Below, piece by piece: positions 36,828 through 50,947 of a DNA stretch of 64,000 nucleotides; position 1 is the stretch's first letter; the number at the start of each line of letters is the position of its first letter. The stretch spans positions 77,500,001 to 77,564,000 of the forward strand of contig NC_043008.1 of assembly GCF_006345805.1 (NCBI RefSeq), in the 5' to 3' direction. A model generated the notes under the pieces. It was given only the letters and a program-made list of their open reading frames with translations. It ran no database searches and had not been told where the DNA came from. Both the position numbers and the translations under genes were made by a program. Source of the stretch: Octopus sinensis (taxonomy: Eukaryota).

Positions 36828-37404
36828 AATCGTATGGTATGCACCTGATAGTTTGCCGGTAAAGCATGTTCTCTGGTTCAGTGTTCGTTGGGTATTTGAT
36901 TAGTGAGAGAGACGCAAGGTAGAAGATACGAGAATCCTTATTGATTACTACAATCATTTCGACCCATCTCGCATCGATCCATCAAGGGTGTGATACTGAA
37001 CATCTGGTTTAGGTGCATCCTTTGATGTAGATGTGTATCCTCGGGTGATTTAAAGAGGTATCTCGTTAAAATAAACTCTATTTCGCAAGAAGTATTCTTG
37101 GTTTTTGTGTATAGAAATAGCAAATTAAGAGGTATACAGCTTCATTCTTATACCTTATATTTTAATGCAATATCCCTTGAAATCACATGACGAGACATAT
37201 CTGCACCAAATGATACACCTAAACCAGATGTTCAGTATCCCATCCCAGATCGATGTCTGATGGGTCGAAGCAATTGTAGTGATGAATAAAGATTCACGTA
37301 TCTTTCATTTTCCGTCTCTCTCATTAATCAAATACCCAACGAATACTGAACAAGTGAACGTGTTTTACCGGTAAACTATCAGGTGTACGATATAGCATAC
37401 GATT
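36828..37404. repeat. Older fold-back element (about 230-bp diverged arms)
   Basis: Arms at about 36828-37060 and 37170-37404 share inverted blocks such as cctgatagtttgccggtaaa, ttcgttgggtatttgatta and gatactgaacatctggtttaggtg. Confidence 0.85.
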
Positions 37405-37406
37405 TG

Positions 37407-37469
<63 letters not shown>

Positions 37470-38161
37470 CTCCGCGCTGAATAACAGTATAGATGTGCTA
37501 CACCGGGCTCCCCATTCAAAAGCAAAACTAATCTAATAACATCGGTGCAATGGAATAAAGGAATCTGCGGAAGACTTGAAGGAAGCGGTCTTTTAAAAGA
37601 AATAATTAAAAAACGAATTTTCTTGCCATAGAAAGCACAGTTTCCCCTATGCACGATGTCTTAGTGAAACACGTGCGAAACACACACACGAAATCAACAC
37701 CGGGAAGTTTACAAATTATAAAATATAAATGGGACAAAATAGTAAGTACATAAATTGAGTAATTACCCGTATACTCGAATGTCTACACAATCATATGTGC
37801 CATTTAATACCCATAGGACTACACATACATCCCAATGTTTACACAACTACGTGAAATTTACAGGACACGCATTCACGTATATGAAAACAGTGTCACAAAG
37901 GAAGCAAAAGCAAAAAAAAAACAACAACTTTGTTTTACTTTTCAAACTAACACAGACAGAGTGAAAATTCATAAGTTTAAAGACACCACAAAGAAACTAT
38001 GCCCGGAGATAAATCTATAAAAAAACAAACAAATATATATATAGAGAGAGATCGAATACAGATCTGCTAGTATTAAGAAGCTACGTTACGAGCAATGTTT
38101 ACATGCAGAGAACTTGGAGACGGTGTTGTCTCATAAAATTAACCCTTAACAGATATATCGT

Positions 38162-41100
38162 CCCTTAATGTCAACGTCCAAGTTCGTCATGCCTCAATGA
38201 TAACAAAGTAAAATACAAACCGAATTGGTCGTCAACCGGAACACCAAGGACAACGAACTCGAATGATGAACCAGATTTCATATGAAAAATCAAGTACTGG
38301 TTCAAATCTTCCCGAAACACTGGAGCTGGAAGTACCCCACAACCGGAATATTCCAAGAGATAGCCATTCATATTCATGATCAAATAACCAAAAGAAAAAA
38401 AATGAAAATGTTCTAGGGGAGATAATAAAGAAGCTCTTACAGCCTTCTACCATGCCATATATTGCCCCACAAATAAATCTAATACCGTACAAACCTACTT
38501 AAACTAGAGGGAGAAATACCTTGATGTAAGACTATACATAGACAGTAACAAACTTGCCAACGTCAGAAGAAACATTAAGAAAAAGAAATTACTCACTGAA
38601 TTAGAAATTGACCAAATTAAACAATTAGTAAGTGATAAAAGGAACGAAGCTGCAGCTAAAGAATATACTACAGAGGAAATAATTATAGACCAGCCCAGGG
38701 CTGATGAAAATGTAATAATGATTGAAAGAGTTAATGTAACTAATAAGCAAAGTGAAATACTCTCTGAACCAACCATAAACAATAAGGCAAATGAAAATCA
38801 AATAGATGAAGAAAGTCACACAGAAAGTGACCCAACAGAACTACATGATCTAAAAAAGTCAAATCATGATTGAATGGCTGAAACTGAAAGAAACCAGTAT
38901 GAATGACTGCGAGACTCCCAAAAATTCACAATTCTAACCAAAACCTGAAAATAAATGGGTAAAATCCGCCTTGCACTTAAGGATATCATTTCAGCTAATG
39001 ATGTTGATATTACGGATCTCAACCACCTGTACTATGCATCCGCGAAAATCTCACCGGTTCTACATGGTGAAAAGATTAGAAAACGACATTCCCACAAAAA
39101 GCTTTCATGGCCACAACTTATTCAACACCAAATTCAGCTACTTAGGTCTGAAATAGAATGTTAAAAAAAGTTTTTACAAGACTTTCAAACCAACAAAAAT
39201 GTGAACATTAAAGAAAAATATATGAAAATCATATTTGACATCGATACTAACATAGAAACCATCAAGCAAAAGGTATGTGCTAAAGCTGCCCGCATAGCAA
39301 GGTATGAAAAGCATATTAGATTCTTCAAGGACAACATATTCAAAAATAACCCAAAAATGCTTTACAGGAAGATAGGGAAAATACCAGTTACAGTTAAGTC
39401 TGTCCCATCAAAAGAAGAAGTGCAGTAATTTTGGAATAAAATTTGGGCAGAAGAAAAAACACACAATGAAAAGATCCCTTGTACTGACAGAATATCTATA
39501 GACTTAGATTCCTTAGAAGAGCAAGTGGAAGCTTATCAAAGCAGAGGATAAGATCTGCTCTCATGAAGTCAAGCAAATGGAAGTCTCTAGGAAAGGATAA
39601 AATTCCTAATTTCTGGTTGAATGCCTTCCCAGTGAACCATGAAATGCTAACAAAAGTTTACGACAATGTTTTGCAACAACCTAGTATGATACCCACTTGG
39701 CTAGTTAATGGTGTAACATTCCTACTTCTAAAAAATGAAGGAACAAATGAACCAAAAAATTATAGATCCATAATCTCCTTAACAAAATGTATAAAATGCT
39801 AACATCTGTCTTGACTGAATGTACCTATAGTTTTTGAATAGAAAGTGGCATACTCCCTAATGAGCAAAAAGGATGTAAACGGGGTCCTATGATTGTAAAG
39901 ACCAGCTACTCATCAATATGATGATCTTGGGAGATTGTCACAAACGGCACAAACACTTGTCGATAGCCTGAATAGTCTATAAAAACGCTTGTGATAATCT
40001 ACCACATAGCTGGATTAAGAAATGTCTGGAAATGTATAAAATAGCGCCAACTCTGCGAAACTTCTTGTCTGTAAGTATGAGATCATGGAGAACCACACTG
40101 ACTTTGAACAGTGACAATGAATCTCTTAATGCTGGAGATGTAAGAATTTCATGTGGCATTTTCCAGAGTGACTCTATCACCACTCCTTTTTTGTCTAGCC
40201 TTATTAACTCTCTCGAAACTGCTCAATGATGTACAATACGGTTATAAAATGTTTGATAAAAATATAAATCATCTCATTTACATGGATAATTTAAAGCTCT
40301 TTGCAAAAAATGACCAACAGCTACAGGGCTTACTAGCGATTGTTAAACAATTCAATGATGACATCAGGATGCAATTTCGCCACGATAAATGTGCAAAAGC
40401 TACCTTTATTTAAGGGAAAATGACAGAAACATCTTGACCAGCAGAATGTCATAAAGGAATTAAAATCAGCGGAGAGCTACAAATACATAAGGGGTATTTG
40501 AAGGGGACGGAATCAAATATTCAGTTATGAGGGAGAGGATCAGAAGAGACTGTTATAGTAGGGTAAGAGCAATACTCAAGACAGAGCTGAATGCAAGAAA
40601 CAGGATCTAAGTGATCAATACTTTAACCATACCAGTTGTGACTTACAGTTCCAACCTCATTAACTGGTCAGTTACTGAAATATGTAATCTTGAGAGAAAA
40701 ATACAAAAATTGTTGACAATGCATAGAGTGCACCACCCTGAGGAAGATATAGAACGACTTTATCTGCCAGGAAAAGAGGGAGGCCGTGAATTTTTAGAAC
40801 TGGAATTAACACTGAAGTTTGCCACAATTGGCCTAGACACCTACCTGAAAAACTCTGATGATTGGATGTTAAAACTTGTCTCAAAACATGAAAACAAGAA
40901 AGCATGATAGTGAATTCCAAATACAACAAATTCCAGGAGACGTACTAAAAACAAGCACTGAAAAGCTAAGTGCATGAAAACATATGCTAAAACTGCTGCC
41001 TTAGATATTCTTACTAATAAATGGAGAGGGCGCGTGGTTTAGTGGTTAGGGCATTCGGCTCATGATCGTAAGGTTGTGAGTTCGATTCCCGGCGACGCGT

Positions 41101-42283
41101 TGTGTCCTTGAGCAAGACACTTTATTTCACGTTGCTCCAGTCCACTCAGCTGGCAAAAATGAGTTGTACTTGTATTTCAAAGGGTCAGCCTTGTCACTCT
41201 CTGTGTCACGCTGATTATCCCCGAGAACTACGTTAAGGGTACATGTGTCTGTGGAATGCTCAGCCATTTGCACGTTAATTTCACGAGCAAGCTGTTCCGT
41301 TGATCGTATCAGCTGGGACCCTCGTCGTCGTAACCGGCGGAGTCTTTACTAATAAATGGCAAGAAAACCTCTCAATGGCAAATAATCAAAGGGAGCTAAT
41401 AGTGTTGACAAAGCCCTTACCCATCAATGGTTAGTGACTTCTGGCTTAAAATCAGAAAGAGAAGGGTTTGTCATAGCAGCCAAAGATCAATGCCTACCTA
41501 CAAGGAACTACCAGGTCAACATATTAAAGAATGGCAGTAACCCAGCATGTCATGTATGTTAACAACAAAATGAAACCATTGATCATGTTGTCTCTATGTG
41601 CAGTCTTCTTGCGCCTACAGAGTATCTCAACAGGTATGATAGAGCTGCATAATATATTCACTGGGTATTTGCAAAAGCCATGATAAATACTGGTGGGAAC
41701 ACAAACCACCTCCAGTGCTTGATAATAAATACATTTCACTCTTTGGAATTTCACCATTCAAACTGGCAGAAACATAGATGTGAATAGGCCAGACATTATA
41801 TTGAAAGACTTCAGACAAAAACCATGCCTCTTCATTGATATGACTGTTCCAGTCGATATAAATGTATCTGTCAAGACCTACCAAAAACTGAGCAAGTATA
41901 AAGATCTTGAAATAGAATGGCAAAATGTGGAAACCTCAAGACTAAAACAATACCTGTTGTCATAGGTGCCCTAGGGAGCATAGTAAAAGGAGCTGATAGC
42001 TACCAAGCTCAGATACCAGGAAACCCCCCAAATGGCAGAAATTCAAAAGGTAGTCTTATGGGAACTGCCCATATCCTACGTAATATACTGTCTGTGTAAC
42101 CACAAATGTTGGAACAAACTCATAATTTTCTTATGTTTTCTTAACCATTCTATAGAACAATACAATGTACAAAACCAAATATATGACACCCTAGGCATAA
42201 CACCAACATAAACTACTTGTCTCTTGAGGTCTCTGGGTTAGACTTGGAGCCAACTTGTGCAAATACAAACAAAAATCAAACAT
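38162..42283 (+). mobile_element. Near full-length, multiply disrupted R4/Dong-type LINE (second subfamily)
   Basis: N-terminal SREDNKE..NKLANVRRNI..LLTELEIDQIK, KWKSLGKDKIPNFWLN, HLIYMDNLKLF, MNRPDIILKD..LFIDMTVP..YQKLSKYKDL and IPVVIGALG. Ends in (TAA)n(TGA)n. The 5' boundary is approximate. Confidence 0.9.
41025..41345 (+). mobile_element. tRNA-derived CORE-type SINE (family C) with a 14-bp TSD, inserted in the Dong element
   Basis: A box tggtttagtgg, B box gttcgattccc, CORE-like gtgtccttgagcaagacactt. TSD ttactaataaatgg at 41011-41024 and 41346-41359. Confidence 0.92.
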
Positions 42284-43429
42284 ATAATAATAATGATGAT
42301 GATGATGATGATGACGACGACGACGATGACAATGATAATGAAAAATGTCGTCTCACTCATAGATGAACGAAAATGAAATATGCTGTAGAGATGCTAAGAA
42401 TTGAAATTAGGTTGCAGACGTCATTTTTCGGGAGTTTAACACCTAATTGATCACTTATGTGAATACTGTTGAGCAATTTTGGAGAAACTGAGAGTTATAA
42501 ATTAAAAATAAGAGTTTGTAAACAATGGATGAGTTCTAACCGAAAGTAAATATTAATTCATATCATCTTAATCAGTGTTTCTTAGCTGATCCTCCTTTCA
42601 CATATATTGCCTCCTTTTGTTGGAGGCGTTGTGGACCCACAGTTAGCAACATGACTCTCAATACATCACAGTCTAATAAATTTTCATTATATAATTTTTG
42701 CTTTATCCATAAGCATAGGTGGTTCGGGGACATTTTTCTATGTAAATATTAAAATGCAACACACGACTAAATAATCTGCTGATTTTGTTCAGCAAAATAT
42801 GAATGGGGTCATTTGTAAAACGTCATCCGGTGAAAGGGAGGCGATGTTCAGTTACAAAAAGTTAGGAATAGTTGAAGAGGAATGTACTAAATGGTCTGTT
42901 TTCCACCCCATAATCCTTAATATGAAGTGTTGTTATCTAGAGCTCATGGCATTTAAGTTTGCTATATATTTTACCAGTAATTCAACTCGAGAGCAACAAT
43001 ACTATGAGAACTTGAGTTCTGTCACACACCTTCTCAAGTTTCAAATCAAAAACAAACAAATTACTGTTGCACCAAATATTTTCAAAATTAACTGAAACCT
43101 TAAAGCTTATTCTCGCCTGTATATTCTTATATATAATAATATTCATAAACACATACAAATACATACACAGACAGGCACATATGTATATATCAGAAAAAGG
43201 TTGACATTAGCCATTGGACTGTAATACACTGGTATCTGACGTCCCTGACAACTTTTTCCCTTTAAAAATTAATAGATAAAGCATTCTAGTATAAATAATG
43301 AGCGATTCTTCAATTTAATGTTCAACTGTTCTTAATTATAGCTTTACATAAAAACAATATGATACATACATGTACATAACCACGCGCGAGCGTGCGCAAA
43401 TACACACACACACATACTCACACACATTC

Positions 43430-43645
43430 TTTTATTCTTCTACATGTATCAGTCATTTGACTGCGGTCATGCTGGAGCATCGCCCTTAATCAAACAAATC
43501 GCCCCCAGAATTTATTCTTCGTGAGCCTAGTACTTATTCTACCGGACTCTTTTGCCGAACCGCTAATTTTCGGGGACGTTAACACACCAACATTGGTTAT
43601 CAACGGATGGTAGGGGGACAAACACAGACACAGAAATACATACCT

Positions 43646-43683
<38 letters not shown>

Positions 43684-43842
43684 GACGGGCTTCCTTCAGT
43701 TTCCGTCTACCAAATCGACTCACAAGGCTTTAGTCGTTTCGATGCTATAGTAGAAGACACTTGCCCAAGGTGCCACACTGTGGGACTGAACCTGGAACCA
43801 TGCGGTTGGGAAACAAGCTTCTTACTACACAGCCACTCCTGC
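43430..43842 (-). mobile_element. SINE family A
   Basis: Full reverse-complement homology to 45181-45594. Confidence 0.87.
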
Positions 43843-44130
43843 ATCTAAATAATAGCAACACGCCTAGACCTTATGAACACTGCACACCTAACGTATGTAT
43901 GGTGTCTGAACGCATGAAGCTGCTGTCTTTCATCTGCGATAAATCCCTTTTAGTTTTAAAAAACAATATGTTCTAGTGCTAGGCGAAACGAAATCGCCCC
44001 TCAAGAGATCATGAAAGCGACCGGATCTATGGCTTAGCAATGTCGTCTTCTTGTGTTGCTTCCGAAACAAAATCTATTTTATAATCCGAATTTATTCTAA
44101 TTACGCAAATCAGCAGATAATTTTTACAAG

Positions 44131-44490
<360 letters not shown>

Positions 44491-44691
44491 AGAATTCACA
44501 AAAAACTAAAGACGAAGACAGATGGTGTAGAAATCAAACAGATGGATTAGTATAACGCTCGGGAAGTGAAAAAGTCTTTACCGTTTCGAGCCTACGCACT
44601 TCCAAAGAAAGGAACACAGACAGAAACAAGGTGAGAAAATAAAGAATGTGTACAGGCTAGCGATCTATCATATATATATATATATATATAT

Positions 44692-45735
44692 ATATTGTTA
44701 TATTTCGGAATGGTCATTTCGCCAGTTTAGCCAATAAAAACACACGCACTATATATTTGGTGTTATTTTGCTTCAGTGTTATTTATTTTTTACATTAATC
44801 TTAATCTTATTTCGGCCAGAGTTCTTTCGTCACGCTCCTGTGACCGCATCAGTGGTCCTTTGTTTTCTTCTTTCTTATTTGTGTCTCTCCTTACTAACCG
44901 TCAGCCATTTTGTATTTCTATTGTATGTCTTCATGTGCGTCTACGTTTATTTAGTCTGTATATGTGGGGGGATGCCTGTAATATTTGTATCTTCTGTTTA
45001 TATACGTTCGTGTAATTTGTTTTTGTTGTTGTTGTTGTTTTTGTTTATTCTTATTTTGTTCATGTGTTTACATCCACTTATTATTATTATCATTACGTAT
45101 ACTTGTATGCATGTATGTATAACAACAATACTAGTAATAATAATAATAATAATAAATAAAAAAATCTTTTAAATTAAATAGGCGCAGGAGTGGCTGTGTG
45201 GTAAGTAGCTTGCTAACTAACCACATGGTTCCGGGTTCAGTTCCACTGCGTGGCATCTTGGGCAAGTGTCTTCTGCTATAGCCCCGGGCCGACCAATGCC
45301 TTGTGAGTGGATTTGGTAGACGGAAACTGAAAGAAGCCTGTCGTATATATGTATATATATATATATGTATGTGTGTGTATGTGTTTGTGTGTCTGTGTTT
45401 GTCCCCCTAGCATTGCTTGACAACCGATGCTGGTGTGTTTACGTCCCCGTCACTTAGCGGTTCGGCAAAAGACACCAATAGAATAAGTACTGGGCTTACA
45501 AAGAATAAGTCCCGGGGTCGATTTGCTCGACTAAAGGCGGTGCTCCAGCATGGCCACAGTCAAATGACTGAAACAAGTAAAAGAGTAAAAGAGTATATGA
45601 CGGTAGAGGATCCCCATAAACTGGTTACAATATAAACAAAACCGAAAACATAATAAATAAAATACACAGATAAATAAACAAATAGAAATAGATAACTATA
45701 TAAGTTTTTTTTGTTTAATTTAAAATACTTTTTTG

Positions 45736-45795
<60 letters not shown>

Positions 45796-46231
45796 TAGTA
45801 TTATTGTTATACATACATACATACAAGCATGCGTAATGATAATAAGTGGATGTAAACACATGAACAAAACAAGAATAAACAAAAACAACAACAGCAAAAA
45901 CAAATTACACGAACGTATATAACCAGAAGATACAAATATTACAGGCATCCCCCCACACACTAACTAAACATTGGCGCACATAGAGATATAAGCATGCGCA
46001 AATGAAGACATACAATAGAAATACAAAATGGCAGACGGTTAGTAAGGAGAGACACAAATAAGAAAGAAGAAAACAAAGGACCACTGATGTGGTCACAGGA
46101 GTGTGACGAAAGAACTCTGGCCGAAATAAGATTAAGATTAATGTAAAAAGTAAATAACACTGAAGCAAAGTAGCAAATGTGTTTTTTATCGGCTAAACTG
46201 GCAGTATGACCATTCCGAAATATAACAATAT
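44692..46231. repeat. Large inverted duplication (arms about 490 and 515 bp) with a SINE in the spacer
   Basis: 44692-45178 is the reverse complement of 45715-46231. The ORF track shows near-identical peptides MLQCYLFFTLILILFRPEFFRH on opposite strands. Flanked by (TA)n. Confidence 0.93.
45181..45594 (+). mobile_element. SINE family A, full length
   Basis: tRNA-like head ggcgcaggagtggctgtgtggtaag..ccgggttcag, CORE-like catcttgggcaagtgtctt, internal (TA)/(TG) repeat and a (gtaaaaga)n tail. Confidence 0.92.
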
Positions 46232-46292
46232 CTGTTTCAACACACGACTTCACATAAAAAATCTTGCACAACAATATATATATATATAATAT

Positions 46293-46340
<48 letters not shown>

Positions 46341-46347
46341 GACTGGA

Positions 46348-47200
46348 CTAGGCTACCCGTGACCCGTTGGTCACTAGGAGTTCAAGGTACCCGAAAAAAC
46401 TACGTATCTTGGCAATCCGTGATTCGAGTTACGCGAAACTTGTGTTATTTCGTTTGCATTCACATTTCAATGGTACCTTACTTTCAAAACATTTTCCCCA
46501 TTATACACCGGTTTGGCTATTTATAAAAGTACCCGAAAAAAACGTGCATCTCGATAACCTGTGGTCCGATTTACGCGAAACTTATTTTATTCCTTTTGTA
46601 TTCACATGAGCATCCGGTTCATGATGTCTCCTGCTTTTTGTCTTTCTCTCTGCTCAGCCCTGGATTTATCAGTGGCCCCGATCTTGGGTAGATATTTCAG
46701 AAAGGACTCATTCGTACTTCGGTGTGAAATAATTTTTTCCACAGTTCTTTTTTTCGAGTGCATTGAACGTATCTCACCTCCAAACCTGCCGCAAGCCACT
46801 TTCTTCCGGAAAAGAAAAGGATAGAGGGGGAACATCGGAAAATATTGTCTGTTTAAAGAAAGCTAAAATATAAATACTTACTGTACAAACAACTTTTTGA
46901 AATCACATTCACTTAAAAATGTTTTAAAATATTTTTACTAAAGTTGAATGAAAAGCGAAAATAGAAACATTTACTGTAAAAAGAACTCGTACCTTTTCGT
47001 TGGCAAGTTAAAGTCACTAAGACTTTTGTACAGGTCGTGAAGCCTGTCTCCAAAATACTGAAGACATTGACCATAGTCGATAGGTTAGTGTTTCTTCCCT
47101 TTTAGGATTATGTTATTTTCGGAGTATCTTCTCATTACGCGCCAGTTTGGCTGTATTAAACGACAGATAAGCAAGCAAGCAATCAGAGAGTAGTAGTATG
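46348..47200 (-). mobile_element. Non-autonomous Helitron-like element
   Basis: The minus-strand 3' end is the hairpin gtgacc-aacg-ggtcac, then gggtagc and CTAG followed by t. The 5' end is uncertain, near the (TAG)n tract. Confidence 0.55.
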
Positions 47201-47204
47201 TGTT

Positions 47205-47246
<42 letters not shown>

Positions 47247-48184
47247 TATAAAAAAGACTTCGATTTTGCTTCCGAAGTGACACGAAGGTGCAACTCCGAC
47301 AAAATATGGTACCTGTCGCTCTCGTGATCACTTCTGAGGCGATTTCGTATCGCTTGGCTCTGAGACACATTGTGTTTTTAACACGTCTTTTAAGGGATTT
47401 TTCAGAAAAAAATAACAGTATGCAGAGTCTGGCCTTTAGTTAACACACATGCATTAAGTATGTAGTGTTGATAATATCTTCATTATAGTGTTGGTTCTAC
47501 TGCATGATTTAATTTTTTCTACAGAAAAGGGTTATTTAAATTAGTATTTACATGTTATAATTTACAGGTTATGTGCTTCGATAGCCATGGTTTCAAAACA
47601 CACACACTCTCATATATATATACACGCTAATATCGAACAGTGAGTATGAGTGCTCAACGTTGCATTGATAGATAAGCATTCTTTATTTGTTGGTTAAAAA
47701 AGCTACCATTGCTTTCATGCCGAGAATTGTCAGCAATTATCAACCCAGCCACATTGGGACGTTAGTATTCGTCTCTATCTTGGATGAGAATACAAGGAAG
47801 CTACACGAAACTGTGCGGACTTTTGGAATAGACAAATAAATATGCAGATTAGGGGCGCAACTCTTAATTATTATCTCCCTTGCATTAGATCTGGCCGTGT
47901 TAAAATTTATAAACATAAGTATGGATATGAATACAAGCGCATATCCGCATGTACAGAATATCCATGCAAAATATGTACACACGCGCACACACCTGCATTA
48001 TGCATTTTGTTCGTGTTTGATTATGTGCCCATAATTGTTCGTATTTGCGCACATGCTTGCGGAGTTTGACATGTTTTGCACATATTTGGTCCATGGGATT
48101 CTGAACATAAGAGATTGTGTATTCATAAGTTGGTGTATCATGCTGTATTATACACATATGTATAAACACACACACACACACACA

Positions 48185-48223
<39 letters not shown>

Positions 48224-49479
48224 TGTCTGCATTATGTATTTTGTTCGTGCTTGAGTGTGCGCACATAATTGTGAACTTACTCATATTTTGACGTCAAACT
48301 TGCTCCATGGTTTTGTAAATTTATGGGGTTGTAGACTTATGAGTTCGTATATAACACGTGATATCATGGCTATGTGTAATGCACATATATCTGTGTTATG
48401 AGGGAGTTCAGCTTAAGCATACTTCATATATGGACATAGATTCTAACCGCCTGCTAACAATCGTAAACAGTTAATTTATAGTCTTAGCTGGCACATTTCT
48501 CACCTATTCACTGATAAAGCTACTTTCAAAAAGGCTACCCCATACTACAACGCTACATTATAATGATTCAACATTAAGATGGAGATGAGTACCAACGTCC
48601 TAAGGCTTGATAATTGCTGATAATTTTCAGCTTGAAATCAATGGTAGCCTTATTAACCTAAAAATAAAGAAAGAAAAACTACAAACAAACGCACGCATGC
48701 GCATGTGTATATAAATGAGGCACCGATAATTTTAGATGTTTTATTTTCCATTATGTTAAACTATATAATTATAGCAATTACGATAATTACAATCTATAAA
48801 TATGTCGATCAGCTACGAGCCATCTCAATATTATTCACAATTATATTCCATTATTACATTCTCCTCTAGCACTACTTAATCACCACACCCATCTCTTAAA
48901 ATATATTTAATAATGTTTTCACAACCACTACTACTAAAACTAGTATTATTACTACTAATACTATTTAATTAACCCATACGGGAAGATCTGAAAAGAGATA
49001 AAAAGCAATGACTCTACTGGGATTTTAATATAGAATATGAATAAACGCAGCCAAACTTTATAATTCCCTTAAGTCTATTACACTTCATTATCTGGCAACA
49101 AATGTGACTGCCAAATCCATATTTCTACAAGATATGAAACATCATGTGTTAGCTCCACTCTACGTTAGTTTAGGGTTATATAACTAGACAAGTGAGATGG
49201 GAAAGATTATAACTTCTTCCTAATTACGCTTCATTCAACTTTAGTAAAAGCATATTTCTGCCAGCGGTTAGATTCTCCTACATTTTTAGATGAAGTCGAA
49301 ATCTTTACTGCTATGTTGAATGAACGTTGCTGATCTGTGTTAAGAAATTCTGTTTAATACATGATTTACTTCAGAAATCTGTCTATGTCAACTGACAGAG
49401 CTAAGTGAGAACGAGTAACCAATAGGTGTACAAACAGAGCCTATAACTTGTAGCTATACCTAGGTAAAATCAGCCATGA

Positions 49480-50160
49480 CTAACTAGAAAAGATATTAAA
49501 TGTTGTTTCATATTACAGTCATTCTTTGGGCACCATAGCCCATTCGACTAAAGAGTTATTGTTTGCAGACACATATCTGAGTGTAAGTGGTCTGTCTGGA
49601 ATTTGTTGGAGTCATTCATCTCGGAACCATTTGAATATTATGAGATCTTTTTCTTCTCGTATGTGTAGAGGGTGGATGGCACGGGGACCAAGCCTTAAGC
49701 GAATTTTAAAATTGATGCCAACATTTGGCACATCTCTTGTGCTATTTTCCACATCATATAAATGATACAGCGGCGTTGGAGTTTCAGCTTCTTAGTCCAA
49801 TCCCAATAATCAAAACCTGTCATGACGTCGATTCTTGTTTTTTTTGCGAGTGATATCTGGGTGTTTCAATTTTTATAATATTTTGTTTCGTGTTGGGAGA
49901 ATACGGTATTCAAGGTGAGGACAGCGAAGATGAGGAAAGAAGGGCAACGGCAAAAGGTCCTGAGGGTCCAGGAGCAAGTCCTGCGGGCCAAATCGATTTT
50001 GCTGCTTATGTGGGCACTCCAGCTTAAGTTGTTGATGACAGTTACTCCGAGGTCCGTAGCAGTGTTAGATGTCACAAGATTTTCGCCCGAGAGAAGAATG
50101 TGTGGTAGAAAGTGCAGGCTCTTTACCGAAGTGGATCAACTCAAATTTATTTTTGTTTAG
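49480..50160 (-). mobile_element. CR1-type LINE 3' fragment
   Basis: DLGVTVINNLSWSAHISSKIDLARRTCSWTLRTF followed by FDYWDWTKKLKLQRR, typical of the CR1 post-RT region. Confidence 0.72.
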
Positions 50161-50796
50161 CAGTATATTATTTTTTTTCCAGAAAAAAAAAAATGTTAGT
50201 CGTGAATATTTAGAAAGTTCAACTGTACATGGAACTACCAGATTAAATGTTATAAAATTATACATGTATATAAGCACACACACGAACATATATAATTCTC
50301 TTTCTCTTTCCCCCTCTCTCTCTTTCTCTATGTATGTATGTATGTATGTATGTATGCATGCATATATGGTCTCGTAAGCAAATTATTTACTACTTCTCTT
50401 AATTATTCGCTCATGAAAGGTGTAGCTGCTAGTTTTCGATACTCAGTGAAAATCCTTTTACATTAGATTATTAATTAAGATAGAAGTCAGTTAGTGATAC
50501 TACCCTGTCTCTTCCCCACTCAAAGTATTTGAGATCTGAATCGTTTATTTATCTAAATTCTGGAATAATAAAACAAAAACAGTTACCAGTAACAATACAG
50601 ATTTACTGGATAATAATTACAGCAAATACTTTGTATACAACGAATGAAAAATATAAATATTGTTGGAGTAGGTGTTAATGAATCGATCAATTAATAATGA
50701 ATCATCGATTAAACAATATGAATTTACCTAGAAAACACTTATTTCAGAATAACTTCCTGAAATAATCCTCATGTCATCTTCCCTTGATATTCTTTT

Positions 50797-50947
50797 GGGG
50801 GATTAAATCGACCCCAGTAACTGGTACTTAATTTATCTACCCCGAAAGGATGAAAGGCAAAGTCGACCTCGGCGGAATTTGAACTCAAAACGAATATCGC
50901 TAAACATTTCGTCCGGTATGCTAACGTTTCTGCCAGCTCGCCGCCTT
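50797..50947 (-). mobile_element. SINE family B
   Basis: Reverse complement of ggcggcgagctggcagaaacgttagc..gagttcaaattccgccgaggtcgactttgcctttcatcctttcgggg. Confidence 0.8.

Noticed and set aside
41025-41100. tRNA gene
   Set aside because: A and B boxes are present but continue into a SINE body bounded by a 14-bp TSD, and there is no proper acceptor stem.
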